IMG/VR virus record: IMGVR_UViG_3300045988_110023
Span: 26,739 to 90,738 of that record
Direction: 5' to 3' (one strand)
Length of the DNA: 64,000 nt
From: a virus
Part shown: positions 46,493 through 55,964 of the stretch, in pieces
Numbering within the stretch: the first letter of the stretch is position 1
Layout: each line of letters opens with the position of its first letter
Position numbers and translations under genes: made by a program
The notes under the pieces: model-generated
The model's database searches: none
Seen by the model: only the letters and a program-made list of their open reading frames with translations
Told to the model about the DNA's origin: nothing

Positions 46493-47356
46493 TTAATCAG
46501 GCATTCCGAAGCCATTATCCAATGGAACGAGGATGCCTTTACTTGCTGTTTCAGAACCTTTCTGGCTTTTCGTCATTCTACTTCCGTATCCGTAGATTTT
46601 GTGTCTGCCGCAGCTTCTTTTTGCGCTTTCGTCTGTGATGGCATACGAGCAAGGAATTGCTACATATACGTTGTCTCCCTTCTCGAATGTAGGGTTCTTT
46701 CTGCCGAATCTCAACAGCATCTTTTCAACCTGCCCTGGCACTCGCTTGTCAGCCATGTGCAGTTCGGCTATGGTCGATGTGATTTCTTCTTTTTTCTTCA
46801 ATCTCTTCTTTATACCACTTACAGAACCATGCGACATTCCAACTCCAACCTGGAATTGTTTGATCGTAATGAATTTGGACCGACACAAGCGAGTCTTGTC
46901 AATTTTTCTACCACTAACGTGTGAGCTGTTCGATTCTTCACTACCGATCTGAAACAAAAACAGGAGTTCGTTCAGCCTGTTGTATATATCCTTCAGTGTA
47001 TATTCTTTGTTCACTTCTAGCGTGAACATCTTTGCGCCTTTGAAAGCCCTTCCATACCTATTACGCTTTCTCGTACTATCCTTGAATGATGTAACGATGA
47101 AGCGACCATCATTCTGTACGGAGAATAATTCATCTGTCTTGATGGCGTTGAGTAAGAGCTGAACTTTCGGTTGTCCGATACGAAGGGAACTCATCAATTG
47201 CCTTGTTCCCATATCGAACATCACGGAATTGCTATGCTGCATCTTACACCAGATTGCAAAGCACAATACTGTCATACGCTTACTCCTTTCTACCTTGGAG
47301 TAACCGCAAGCGTATTGCCTTACCAAATCAACTCTGATGTTTAATGCTTTTGGCAT
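46493..47356 (-). CDS. Hypothetical protein
   Basis: 287-aa ORF. The antisense ORFs inside it look spurious. Confidence 0.7.
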   Translation of the reverse strand: MPKALNIRVDLVRQYACGYSKVERSKRMTVLCFAIWCKMQHSNSVMFDMGTRQLMSSLRIGQPKVQLLLNAIKTDELFSVQNDGRFIVTSFKDSTRKRNRYGRAFKGAKMFTLEVNKEYTLKDIYNRLNELLFLFQIGSEESNSSHVSGRKIDKTRLCRSKFITIKQFQVGVGMSHGSVSGIKKRLKKKEEITSTIAELHMADKRVPGQVEKMLLRFGRKNPTFEKGDNVYVAIPCSYAITDESAKRSCGRHKIYGYGSRMTKSQKGSETASKGILVPLDNGFGMPD

Positions 47357-47713
47357 AACTATATAAACGAAGAAACCCTAAACAGGGTCAAGCTGCTTAG
47401 GGAGTCTTCTATGATTAAAGTTCACTCAATGTGAACGAGAATCCAATTTTATTGAGCGCATCAAACCTTGACCCTTTGAATTGCGTTACAAAGATACTAC
47501 GATTTTCTATTCCGTACAATAGTTCTGTTTTCACCATAAACCGTACTTATTAAAGTAAAAAGTGAGGACAAGCATTTTAAAGATACTGGTATAGCTAAAG
47601 GTTTCAAGAGAAGCAAAAACAGCTGATTGCAATATTCATTAAAGTACAGAATATTTACAATTAACGTAGTTTAAGAAAAAAGTATGATTTTCGTTGCTTT
47701 TTTGGTGGTTATC

Positions 47714-47753
47714 TTAATAAAATAGCCGCCTATCTGTAAGTGGATAAGCGGCT
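47714..47753 (-). terminator. Rho-independent terminator of the 47764-48111 gene
   Basis: Minus strand AGCCGCTTATC...GATAGGCGGCT followed by ATTTTATT. Confidence 0.65.
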
Positions 47754-47763
47754 AGTTGTATTG

Positions 47764-48111
47764 CTATTTGTCTGTATCGAAGCGAAGTCCTTGCTTTGCC
47801 TCCTCCGGGGAAGAGACATCCTTCTTCAGAAGGTAATGTATGTGTCCGTCATAATTCAATTCGGTAACGAACTGCCATCCTCTCGCTGACATGTAGTTGA
47901 GAATGTCGGTGAGGTTATTGAACTCAATCTTCTTTCCCTCCTCGTTACGGAGGGCTACAGGCTGCTTCTGCTCGCCCCATTCAAGTTCTAGTCTGATCTT
48001 CATCGCCAGGTTGTACGTACCGCTAATGGTACAGTAGTAAGGATGCTTCTCCTGTGCGAAGGATGATGCCGTTACAAGTGCAAACATCAGCATAAATAAA
48101 ATCTTCTTCAT
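47764..48111 (-). CDS. Secreted protein (signal peptide)
   Basis: MKKILFMLMFALVTASSFAQ signal sequence. 115 aa. Confidence 0.7.
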   Translation of the reverse strand: MKKILFMLMFALVTASSFAQEKHPYYCTISGTYNLAMKIRLELEWGEQKQPVALRNEEGKKIEFNNLTDILNYMSARGWQFVTELNYDGHIHYLLKKDVSSPEEAKQGLRFDTDK

Positions 48112-48120
48112 AGAAATGAC

Positions 48121-48155
48121 TTAACCGTGATGTCGAGGGCTGAAGGGTTGTTTTA
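48121..48155. repeat. Copy A of a conserved motif of about 35 bp upstream of three consecutive genes
   Basis: TTAACCGTGATGTCGAGGGCTGAAGGGTTGTTTTA, 9 nt upstream of the 48111 start. Confidence 0.7.
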
Positions 48156-48157
48156 CA

Positions 48158-48466
48158 TCAGATTTCCGTTGCTTTTATCGTGTAGACGAATTTTAAAAGA
48201 CCATGAGGGTTGTATTGGATAAGTCTTACCGACACTGCGGTCTCATCAGCGAGGAAAGCAATAGCTTCTCCTGCAACGGTCTTCTGTATCTCAAGACTAC
48301 CATCGGGGTTCAATATTTCTTTTGCCTTTTTCATGTCACTTGCGACAATCAGACCAGTTTCGCTAAGGATGCCTCTCTCAATAGCGTTCTTCAGTTCTTC
48401 GATACTGTTGTTGTTGAAATTTTCCTTTGCAACAACCCGGTTGAATTTGATATTAGTTGTTATCAT
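48158..48466 (-). CDS. Hypothetical protein
   Basis: 102-aa ORF. Confidence 0.65.
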   Translation of the reverse strand: MITTNIKFNRVVAKENFNNNSIEELKNAIERGILSETGLIVASDMKKAKEILNPDGSLEIQKTVAGEAIAFLADETAVSVRLIQYNPHGLLKFVYTIKATEI

Positions 48467-48475
48467 AAGATTGCT

Positions 48476-48513
48476 TTGACCGTGATAGCGAGGGCTGAAT
48501 GGTTATTATTTTA
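48476..48513. repeat. Copy B of the motif of about 35 bp
   Basis: TTGACCGTGATAGCGAGGGCTGAATGGTTATTATTTTA, 9 nt upstream of the 48466 start. Confidence 0.7.
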
Positions 48514-48757
48514 CTTCATTTTCGTCTCCAATAGCATCCGTGAGTCTATCGACAAGGAAGCTGCAAGCTTCAGACAGGCTGTTCGCACTCTGACGGAGCA
48601 GCATCATCTCTGCAACAGCGCCAGCGTCTTGCTTTCCACCGTGCTTTGGGTACGCCAAGTCAAGCATATCAATGCTATGATTACTAACCAAGTCATTGAT
48701 CAGTTCATAAACATTATCCACCTTGTTTCTGGCTGTAACTAAATTCTCTGTTGTCAT
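48506..48757 (-). CDS. Hypothetical protein
   Basis: 83-aa ORF. Confidence 0.65.
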   Translation of the reverse strand: MTTENLVTARNKVDNVYELINDLVSNHSIDMLDLAYPKHGGKQDAGAVAEMMLLRQSANSLSEACSFLVDRLTDAIGDENEVK

Positions 48758-48768
48758 ATTCTTATCGC

Positions 48769-48801
48769 TTGACCGTGTTGCGTAGGGCTTGGTTATTAAT
48801 T
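48769..48801. repeat. Copy C of the motif (more diverged)
   Basis: TTGACCGTGTTGCGTAGGGCTTGGTTATTAATT, 11 nt upstream of the 48757 start. Confidence 0.6.
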
Positions 48802-48922
48802 GCAGGAGCCGAAGCTCCCTATTTTTGGCTAATCGGGGCCGTTTTTAAAAATCCCCTCCTACCCTCACGGGCAAGAGAGGACACTCATTTAAACAATCTA
48901 GCTATGAAAAACTAGAAATATC

Positions 48923-49351
48923 TTATTTCCCGCACTTAACAACTTCGAAAACACGATGCTCTCTGTCGGCGGAAAGTCTATTACCTTCTTCATCGCATAT
49001 GTGGCCATCTTCGTTGACCCACATCTTCTGGTTGAACATCTCCTCGCACATTCCCAGGATCTTAAGATATTCCTGTGCCTCGAAGATGACGTTCTTGCCA
49101 TCACGCTCTGCCCTCTTGAAGTTATCGATAAGATCTGGATTCAGGTCAGGTGCAGTGATATCGTACTCATCCATTTCATCGTGATAGTGGATGTTGAGAA
49201 TCTCCAACTCTTCCACCATTGCGGAGTTCGTACCAATCTCGCCAGTCAGAGCCTTCATAATGGTCTCCTTTTCTAGCTTTTCGTACTTCTTCCGGCACTC
49301 ATTGATGAGTTTATTCAACTCTTCTTCTGTATAATCTTCTACCATATTCAT
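48923..49351 (-). CDS. Hypothetical acidic protein
   Basis: 142-aa ORF preceded by a TTAACCAATTAAAATAATG unit. Confidence 0.7.
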   Translation of the reverse strand: MNMVEDYTEEELNKLINECRKKYEKLEKETIMKALTGEIGTNSAMVEELEILNIHYHDEMDEYDITAPDLNPDLIDNFKRAERDGKNVIFEAQEYLKILGMCEEMFNQKMWVNEDGHICDEEGNRLSADREHRVFEVVKCGK

Positions 49352-49408
49352 TATTTTAATTGGTTAAACAATGGCAGGAGATGGCTGCTAACCACCTCCA
49401 GTTTTAGC

Positions 49409-50428
49409 TTAATCCTCATCTAGACCGTTATCGAGGTCTTCTTCATAGACGCCGAACAATCTCAGTGTATTGCTGTCAATCTCGGTCTTACCGACAATGT
49501 AGCGCTGCGTCATCTGGATATTCGGCATACCGTTACTGGTATGTCCCATCATGACGGCAATCTGCTCAAGAGGCACTCCCTTCTTTGAGAGATTCGTTGC
49601 GAACGAGCGTCTGCCGGTATGGGATGATACGAACCGATACTTCTTTCCTGTCTCTTCCTTTCCGGCTTTGAACACCTTTGTATTCGTATCTATTCCGCAG
49701 TCACGACAGATATCGCGGAGAGCTCTATTGAACGTCCTTTCACCTATCTCACCCGGAAGAGGCTCGTCACCAGTACCGCATACGAGGAACGGACGGAGCT
49801 TCTTGTGAAGTGGAACCCTTACCTCGGTCTTTGTTTTCTGAGTAACATAGACGAGGAAGTGTCCGGTATCATCTATGTTCTCTTCCGTCATTCTCTGGCA
49901 GTCGCTGTAACGTGCGCCACAGAGACATTCCATGATAAACATTCTCTGAACATATCTTTTTGTTTTCCCGTGAGGGTTGTACTTTATGATTCTGTTTATC
50001 TCCTCATCAGAGAGATATACAGACTGGACCGGTACAGCCTTCGCTCTAAGTATTCTGCCGAACGTAGGACTAGGGATTTCCCTGGTAGCATCGTTCTCAC
50101 GTATCACAGCCTTGATGGTTGCACATACGGTTCTTGCCGAGTTAGGAGCGTAGTTCTCCTGGATCTTCTCGAAGAGGTCGCGCAGATTGTCGTCGGTGAT
50201 GTCTTCCCATAATGGCTTATGTCCTAGCATCTCTTCGAACATCCTTACAACCTTAATAAGTTTCGGATATTTCCAGATGTATGCGCCATAGAACGTGTCA
50301 TGCCTCCAGGCGTTGCTGTGATAATTGGCGAACCAACCCTGCTTGATGGCAGTCTTGTACTTCTGCTGCTGTGTGTAGCTCAGAAGTCTCTCCCAATCTC
50401 TTGTCTTGATTCTTATTTCTTCTGTCAT
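49409..50428 (-). CDS. Tyrosine recombinase (second integrase-family gene)
   Basis: 339 aa. ...FVSSHTGRRSFATNLSKKGVPLEQIAVMMGHTSNGMPNIQMTQRYI (HxxR...H...Y catalytic region). An R in ...CLCGARYSDCQRM lies upstream. Confidence 0.85.
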   Translation of the reverse strand: MTEEIRIKTRDWERLLSYTQQQKYKTAIKQGWFANYHSNAWRHDTFYGAYIWKYPKLIKVVRMFEEMLGHKPLWEDITDDNLRDLFEKIQENYAPNSARTVCATIKAVIRENDATREIPSPTFGRILRAKAVPVQSVYLSDEEINRIIKYNPHGKTKRYVQRMFIMECLCGARYSDCQRMTEENIDDTGHFLVYVTQKTKTEVRVPLHKKLRPFLVCGTGDEPLPGEIGERTFNRALRDICRDCGIDTNTKVFKAGKEETGKKYRFVSSHTGRRSFATNLSKKGVPLEQIAVMMGHTSNGMPNIQMTQRYIVGKTEIDSNTLRLFGVYEEDLDNGLDED

Positions 50429-50511
50429 AATTCTAATATTTTGGTTACTAGTGGCAAAGATACGAAAAGTTTATAATATAAACCATCGTCTTTGCCGTTT
50501 TTAACGCTAAT

Positions 50512-51030
50512 TTAACCTTCCGAAGCAGTCTGCTTCTCGACTGATACGAGTCTTAGGGTAGAACCATTATGGTCATTCCACACACGCATGTAGTCTTCCG
50601 CCTCATCCAATGCATCTTTATATGATTTTGCTCGGAATACGTACGGATTCTCCTTAGGAATGAAAATTCCATCATTGTAGGCAATCTTATACTTTGCAGC
50701 ATAGACACCAATATAGCCGTTCAGCTCGTCGTTCAGACTAGTAGCGATGTCTGCAAGAAGGTCAACTGGTATATCATCATCGATAGCTTTTGCTTCCGGG
50801 AACTCAAACCCTACAGAAGTGCATCGGCTATGAATGATAGGGATAGCTGTATCGCTGTCGCCTACTTCTACGATGTTCACCTCCCTGTTGTCGCCGGCAC
50901 GTACAGGCCAATCGAACACCTTTCTGCTCACATTGTGCTCTCTCATTATCTCACGGATGGTGCATGCAAGCTCCATCTTTGCTGTTGAACGCAATTCATC
51001 AATCTTGTCTTTCAATACTTTTCTCTTCAT
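50512..51030 (-). CDS. Hypothetical protein
   Basis: 172-aa ORF with the standard start unit. Confidence 0.7.
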   Translation of the reverse strand: MKRKVLKDKIDELRSTAKMELACTIREIMREHNVSRKVFDWPVRAGDNREVNIVEVGDSDTAIPIIHSRCTSVGFEFPEAKAIDDDIPVDLLADIATSLNDELNGYIGVYAAKYKIAYNDGIFIPKENPYVFRAKSYKDALDEAEDYMRVWNDHNGSTLRLVSVEKQTASEG

Positions 51031-51084
51031 AATCTTAATATTTTGGTTTAAATTGATGCCCGCCTTCCGGCAGGCTTGTTTGGC

Positions 51085-51657
51085 TTAGTCTTTTCTTTCG
51101 ATATCAAGGCCCGTAAGCACGCCTTTCATATAGGCTAATGTCTCTTCCTTGCATTCCGATAGAAACTTCTGGCAGCCATCAATGATAACGCCGTACTTAC
51201 CGCTCGGATAATTCTGTAGAGAGCACGAGTGGTAATGCTTTCCGGATTTTTCCTCGATTTCTCCTGCGAGTCGCTTCCCTTCGTCGGTCTCATTTGGACG
51301 ATTTTCTGGGTACTCATCGTAAAAATACTCGTGCCATAAATCTAGTAGCATATCCTTGCAATCCTCCATATCTTGCAAAATATCCGATAATTTGTATGGC
51401 GCGCCGTTAGCACCATGTCCATCCTCGCCAATCCATTTACTGGCTTCCTCGTCAGGATCGAAGTCGCTATAATATTGATACAACTTATCCATAAAGTCAG
51501 ACTTATTGCCATTCTCGAACCAAATTGTGGCGATGAAATCTTGGTCTTGTGGGGAATACTTCTCTAACTCGACGCAAACCTCACCTCTTTCGTTAGGTGT
51601 ATCGTCTACATTATAACTCCAGTCTAATTCCTCTGCTATTTTTAAAAAATCATTCAT
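51085..51657 (-). CDS. Hypothetical acidic protein
   Basis: 190-aa ORF, D/E/Y-rich, with the standard start unit. Confidence 0.7.
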   Translation of the reverse strand: MNDFLKIAEELDWSYNVDDTPNERGEVCVELEKYSPQDQDFIATIWFENGNKSDFMDKLYQYYSDFDPDEEASKWIGEDGHGANGAPYKLSDILQDMEDCKDMLLDLWHEYFYDEYPENRPNETDEGKRLAGEIEEKSGKHYHSCSLQNYPSGKYGVIIDGCQKFLSECKEETLAYMKGVLTGLDIERKD

Positions 51658-51705
51658 ATTTTTAATTTTAATTGGTTAATACTTGCACCCTCCGAAGAGG
51701 GCTTT

Positions 51706-52107
51706 TTAGGCTTCCTGGTAAGCGAGAATCTGTATGTGACGCATCTCGAAATTGACGAAGATGTTAAGATATATACCAGCGTAAGTAAGGAGCGTGGTTC
51801 CGTTGTTTTCCTCGGTGATAATTTTCTTTTGCTCTGTGCCCATGAGGTTATTTACCAGGTCGTTTGCCACCATAGCCAGGCGGAGATTGTCTGAGTTATC
51901 CTTTATCCATCTGACATCCATAGAGTTGCCATAAACTTCTGCATGGCAGGCGTTAGAATAGATGAAACCTACAGCCTCGTTGCATCCGTCGTCCGTATAC
52001 TCGCCATCGTCGAACATATTCTCCCACAGAGTGTCATGATAGAGATCGTTCTCAATATCGAATTCACTCAGATTTTTTACATTTACATCTACTATTTCCA
52101 TAATCAT
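51706..52107 (-). CDS. Hypothetical protein
   Basis: 133-aa ORF. Confidence 0.7.
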   Translation of the reverse strand: MIMEIVDVNVKNLSEFDIENDLYHDTLWENMFDDGEYTDDGCNEAVGFIYSNACHAEVYGNSMDVRWIKDNSDNLRLAMVANDLVNNLMGTEQKKIITEENNGTTLLTYAGIYLNIFVNFEMRHIQILAYQEA

Positions 52108-52168
52108 TCTACTTTAATTGGTTAATACTAGGAGCGTGAAACAATAATGTTCCACGCCTTGTTCGGCT

Positions 52169-52603
52169 TTACACCGGCAGAGACACGATGTATTCCTTCT
52201 TCTTCTTTCGTGTTCTGCTCTTCACAGTGAATCCACAAAAATCTCTCAGCCACCCGGCAGCATTGCCGATGAATGGCTCGTTCACCATAAGGATAGGACG
52301 GAGCATTCCGTTCTTCTTCATGAACTGATAGTCTATGAATTCGAACGGGTCATCCGGGTCCTCACTCCTCTTCTCCCAAACGCTGACATCGAGATAGTCG
52401 ATGAAGTCTCCCTCTGGCGGGTTATCCATCTCGATGAATCTCTTCGGAGTTAGGAGAATCGTCTCCTTAGGCTCATGGGTCATAAAGAAATTCTCTATAA
52501 CCTCGTTGAACTTGTTCATGTCCATCTGTTTCTGGACAATGCCCTTTCTCTTCATGATGTCGGAAGCTTTGAGCATTCTTGTACCTCTTCTTGCTACTGC
52601 CAT
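52169..52603 (-). CDS. Hypothetical protein
   Basis: 144-aa ORF. ATG lies in the AGAATTATG-type context (TTTGAATTATG). Confidence 0.7.
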   Translation of the reverse strand: MAVARRGTRMLKASDIMKRKGIVQKQMDMNKFNEVIENFFMTHEPKETILLTPKRFIEMDNPPEGDFIDYLDVSVWEKRSEDPDDPFEFIDYQFMKKNGMLRPILMVNEPFIGNAAGWLRDFCGFTVKSRTRKKKKEYIVSLPV

Positions 52604-52655
52604 AATTCAAAATTTTAATTGGTTAAACATAGTACCCTCCGAAGAGGGCTTTTGG

Positions 52656-53360
52656 CTAGTGTGCAAGGAATCCTACCGCCTGCCCCTTACCGATGGACCA
52701 GCATAGTCTGTCTTCCTTCAGGCACTCTGTGCAGTTTCCGGTACACAGACGTGTTCCTTCCGGAGCAGACGTTCCGCTCTCGAAGATAGGATGCGCCTCA
52801 GGGAATCCATGGCGGTTATCCATCTTAAGACCAAGCCATCCGCTGAATAGGATATGCATGTTCTCTGGGATTACATTGCCCTCATCGAGATACTCGTTGC
52901 ATACATCGAACATCTTCGTGAACGCCAGGAACTTGGTATCCTTGTGCTTGCGTGCAATATCGCACATCTTGTCAAGATACCATTTATTCTGGATATCACC
53001 GCCGATATGGAATCGGAAGGCTCTAGGAAATCTGTAGTCGAGATACCCGTCAATCTCCTTGAAGTATCGTTCAGGATCCTCGTGGAGAATGGCAGAATTG
53101 ATAGCTCTCGTCTTGATGACCTCCTTGTAAATCATGTCATTGCGCAGGTCGTAGCAGCTCTTCGCACAGATTGCACAGTTGCCGCAATCCATGACCGGGA
53201 TAAGCGATACAGATGGGATTACTCCCAACTTGCTGTTGCCATCGCTGATCTTGACATGCAAGTCGCTGACGTTCTCTACTGCGTTCTCATAAGCTGCCTG
53301 TGCCTTTGACAGACGAGTCTTCATTCCTTCCTTACCTAATGTCCAGTAATTTCTACTCAT
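52656..53360 (-). CDS. Cys-cluster protein (possible metal or Fe-S binding), family not confidently recognised
   Basis: 234 aa with MDCGNCAICAKSCY and CTGNCTECLKEDRLC clusters and FRFHIGGD. Confidence 0.65.
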   Translation of the reverse strand: MSRNYWTLGKEGMKTRLSKAQAAYENAVENVSDLHVKISDGNSKLGVIPSVSLIPVMDCGNCAICAKSCYDLRNDMIYKEVIKTRAINSAILHEDPERYFKEIDGYLDYRFPRAFRFHIGGDIQNKWYLDKMCDIARKHKDTKFLAFTKMFDVCNEYLDEGNVIPENMHILFSGWLGLKMDNRHGFPEAHPIFESGTSAPEGTRLCTGNCTECLKEDRLCWSIGKGQAVGFLAH

Positions 53361-53494
53361 AATTCTAATTTAAAATTGGTTAAACTAGTGGTACAAAAAA
53401 CCGGCGTGTCTCACGACAGACCGGCTTGAACCATTTAAACAAAATTTAGTTATGATATGAGTAGCCAGCCGCTGCTAACGACTGACATTTTTGG

Positions 53495-53890
53495 CTAATC
53501 TTCATCTACTTTTACATTGTAGTGAAATCTTACAGTAAGGTAATCTGTGCTCAGAAAGAATGTATAGATTAAAGGCTCAGCCTGGCGTTCGTCGAGATAC
53601 TGCTTCGTCTCGAAATAGTATATATTATTTTTTGATTCGCCAGTCAGTCGTTTGACAATCTCTCTACCCCACTCTGATGTAATCCACGATCGAAGCTTCC
53701 TGATAGATAGGTAGTTTCCGTGATACTCTATCATTGTAGGTGCGCCTCCTACAAATCCCAATGAAAAAAACTTATTGGTGAGATATTGCGAATCGTCAAA
53801 GATGGCGTCTAGAAGTGATTCCTCGACGACATTCTTCCCGTCAATAAGAGCCTTAATATACTCTCTTGTGTCTACATTAATTTCCTTCAT
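53495..53890 (-). CDS. Hypothetical protein
   Basis: 131-aa ORF. Confidence 0.7.
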   Translation of the reverse strand: MKEINVDTREYIKALIDGKNVVEESLLDAIFDDSQYLTNKFFSLGFVGGAPTMIEYHGNYLSIRKLRSWITSEWGREIVKRLTGESKNNIYYFETKQYLDERQAEPLIYTFFLSTDYLTVRFHYNVKVDED

Positions 53891-54121
53891 AATTCTTAAT
53901 TTTATTGGTTAGACTTTGAATCGGTTACCGAATCAGTAACCGACTTTTTGGGCTAGAATGGCTCCCGGCTGGCGCCTTGCTTTAATAGTTCGATCTAGAG
54001 AGCTTTAGCTCGAAGGATTACCTCCAGTAGTGACTGGAGGAGATCCTTCGTTGAAGAAGCTCTTGTGAATTGCTGCCGAGCCACCATTCCATAGGTGGCG
54101 AACCTTACGTCCTACTGATGA

Positions 54122-55177
54122 TTACTTGTTCTCGCTCTTGGCTTTCTTCCACTCAAGAATCTTGCCCTGGATGTCTATATCAGACTCTTTGATGAGCTGC
54201 TTGAGAACACCGAGCATTCTCCAACCTTCTTCGTCGTAGAGCTTGGCTTTTGACTCAAGCTCCTTAAGGGAGTTGGTTTCTGACATCTTTCGTCCGTTCT
54301 TCAGGAATCTTGCTCCGTGGAACATGATGAGGTTTCTCATCGTGTAGTAGGAACCTGAACCCTTGTAGGCAGTAATGAACGCATCAGCCTGCTTGGTATC
54401 CCACGCGAGATGCTTGCGGTTCTTGTTGAACTTGCGAACGGCATCGTAGAGTTCCTTGTAGGTTTCTGCAACACTCATCTTGTTGGCAAGGTCACGGAGA
54501 GGATTGTATACCTTTCTCTCCAAGTCAGCGACGAAGATGTTTTCGTTCTGAAGACGGATATAAGGATTACCCTTGCAGGTATGCTTGTATGTCTTCTTCT
54601 TGTTTCCATCCTTGTCCTCCTTGGTAGTGTAGATGCACTTGTCGTCAATGTAGCTGCGAAGCTTGTTAATATAGTCAATAGCCATATCGTGTGCTACGCA
54701 GCCGTTGAACCAGCGGTTTCTCGCCTTGAGATTCTCGTAGTCCTTGTGGTCACACATCTTCATCTGAGCATACAGCTCGTTCTCCAACATGCGCCACTGG
54801 TACTCGTAGCCTTTCTTCTGCAACACCTCGTTGAATGACTTGCCGTCCTTCTCCATGTCTCGCAACATGTGGAATATCTGACTCATCACCCAACGACGGA
54901 AGAGCTTCCAGTTACTTACGTATCCACCCTCGACAATCTGCTTGCCTACCGCATCGATGGTTGCATCGTCCATATCAACAGGAACAGCCGCACCATTTTC
55001 GATTTTGATAAGCTGATCATCACCGAGAGGGAAATATTTACTAGTATCAACACCTGCTGCCTTAAGAGCTTCGAGACGCATCTGCGCCTTGGTCTTCTTA
55101 CCGGTAGCTGCTGTAGCCTCTACATTGTTAGTTACGATGTTCAAGTTCTCACCAGTGATTGTTACAATCTGCTTCAT
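54122..55177 (-). CDS. Hypothetical protein
   Basis: 351-aa ORF, the largest non-enzymatic gene of the array. No family recognised. Confidence 0.75.
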   Translation of the reverse strand: MKQIVTITGENLNIVTNNVEATAATGKKTKAQMRLEALKAAGVDTSKYFPLGDDQLIKIENGAAVPVDMDDATIDAVGKQIVEGGYVSNWKLFRRWVMSQIFHMLRDMEKDGKSFNEVLQKKGYEYQWRMLENELYAQMKMCDHKDYENLKARNRWFNGCVAHDMAIDYINKLRSYIDDKCIYTTKEDKDGNKKKTYKHTCKGNPYIRLQNENIFVADLERKVYNPLRDLANKMSVAETYKELYDAVRKFNKNRKHLAWDTKQADAFITAYKGSGSYYTMRNLIMFHGARFLKNGRKMSETNSLKELESKAKLYDEEGWRMLGVLKQLIKESDIDIQGKILEWKKAKSENK

Positions 55178-55359
55178 AATTCTAATAATTTTAAATTGGT
55201 TACTAAAAATTTATTTAACTCTAGTGGATGAGGCTTACGCCCCACCCTTGTTTGGCTCAACCCAGTCTCTGAGGATAATCAGGTCCCTGTCATTTTCAGA
55301 CTTCCAGAACCATCTTCCCCACCTGTTCTCCCATGCAAGGTTGCCTCTTAGAAGCTGAA

Positions 55360-55686
55360 TCAGTATGTATAGCTCCGCTTACATCTAGCTACCTCTCGTC
55401 GCTCACCATACATCATATCTTCGTCTGAGAGCTCTTTCTCGGGCAAAGCCTTGAAGTAGTAGCGGCGATGGGATTCAGAACGCTCAGACGGCACAGAATG
55501 TTTGTATGCCATATATCTCTGTTCTATTGCGAACAGGACTACTGCATGTGTCAGGTAAGGTGTATCTTTCGGCTTATCTTCCTCAGACATTACTATCTTA
55601 CCATTCATCCTACATGTCCTCTTCTGGAAGTTGATGGTGAACTTAGCACCATTCTCAACTGCATTGATAATCTCGTCGTATGTCAT
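55360..55686 (-). CDS. Hypothetical protein, possibly frameshifted at its 3' end
   Basis: 108-aa ORF. Unlike its neighbours its stop is not in the AGCC(T/A)AAA motif. An alternative frame continues to a TAAGCC stop at 55235. Confidence 0.6.
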   Translation of the reverse strand: MTYDEIINAVENGAKFTINFQKRTCRMNGKIVMSEEDKPKDTPYLTHAVVLFAIEQRYMAYKHSVPSERSESHRRYYFKALPEKELSDEDMMYGERREVARCKRSYTY

Positions 55687-55718
55687 AATTCTATTGTATT
55701 GGTTAATAGGGATAGTGC

Positions 55719-55964
55719 TTATTCTTGCACTATCAAATTGGCTTCTTCGAGTTCATCCTTACTCAGTACATCTTCGTCTTCTCCGATGTGGATATAGAAT
55801 TTGTCTCCGTTCGCCCACTCCATTGCACGCATATACAACCAGTGAGCCTCTTCGATAGAGAATCCGTCTGCGCTTACTGAATCAAGCATCTCGCCCATGC
55901 AAACTTCTGACGTTTCGTACTCTTTCTTGATTTCCTCAAGCTTCTTTAGTAATCTGCTGTTCAT
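55719..55964 (-). CDS. Hypothetical acidic protein
   Basis: 81-aa ORF with the standard start unit TTAACCAATATTTAAGAATTATG. Confidence 0.7.
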   Translation of the reverse strand: MNSRLLKKLEEIKKEYETSEVCMGEMLDSVSADGFSIEEAHWLYMRAMEWANGDKFYIHIGEDEDVLSKDELEEANLIVQE

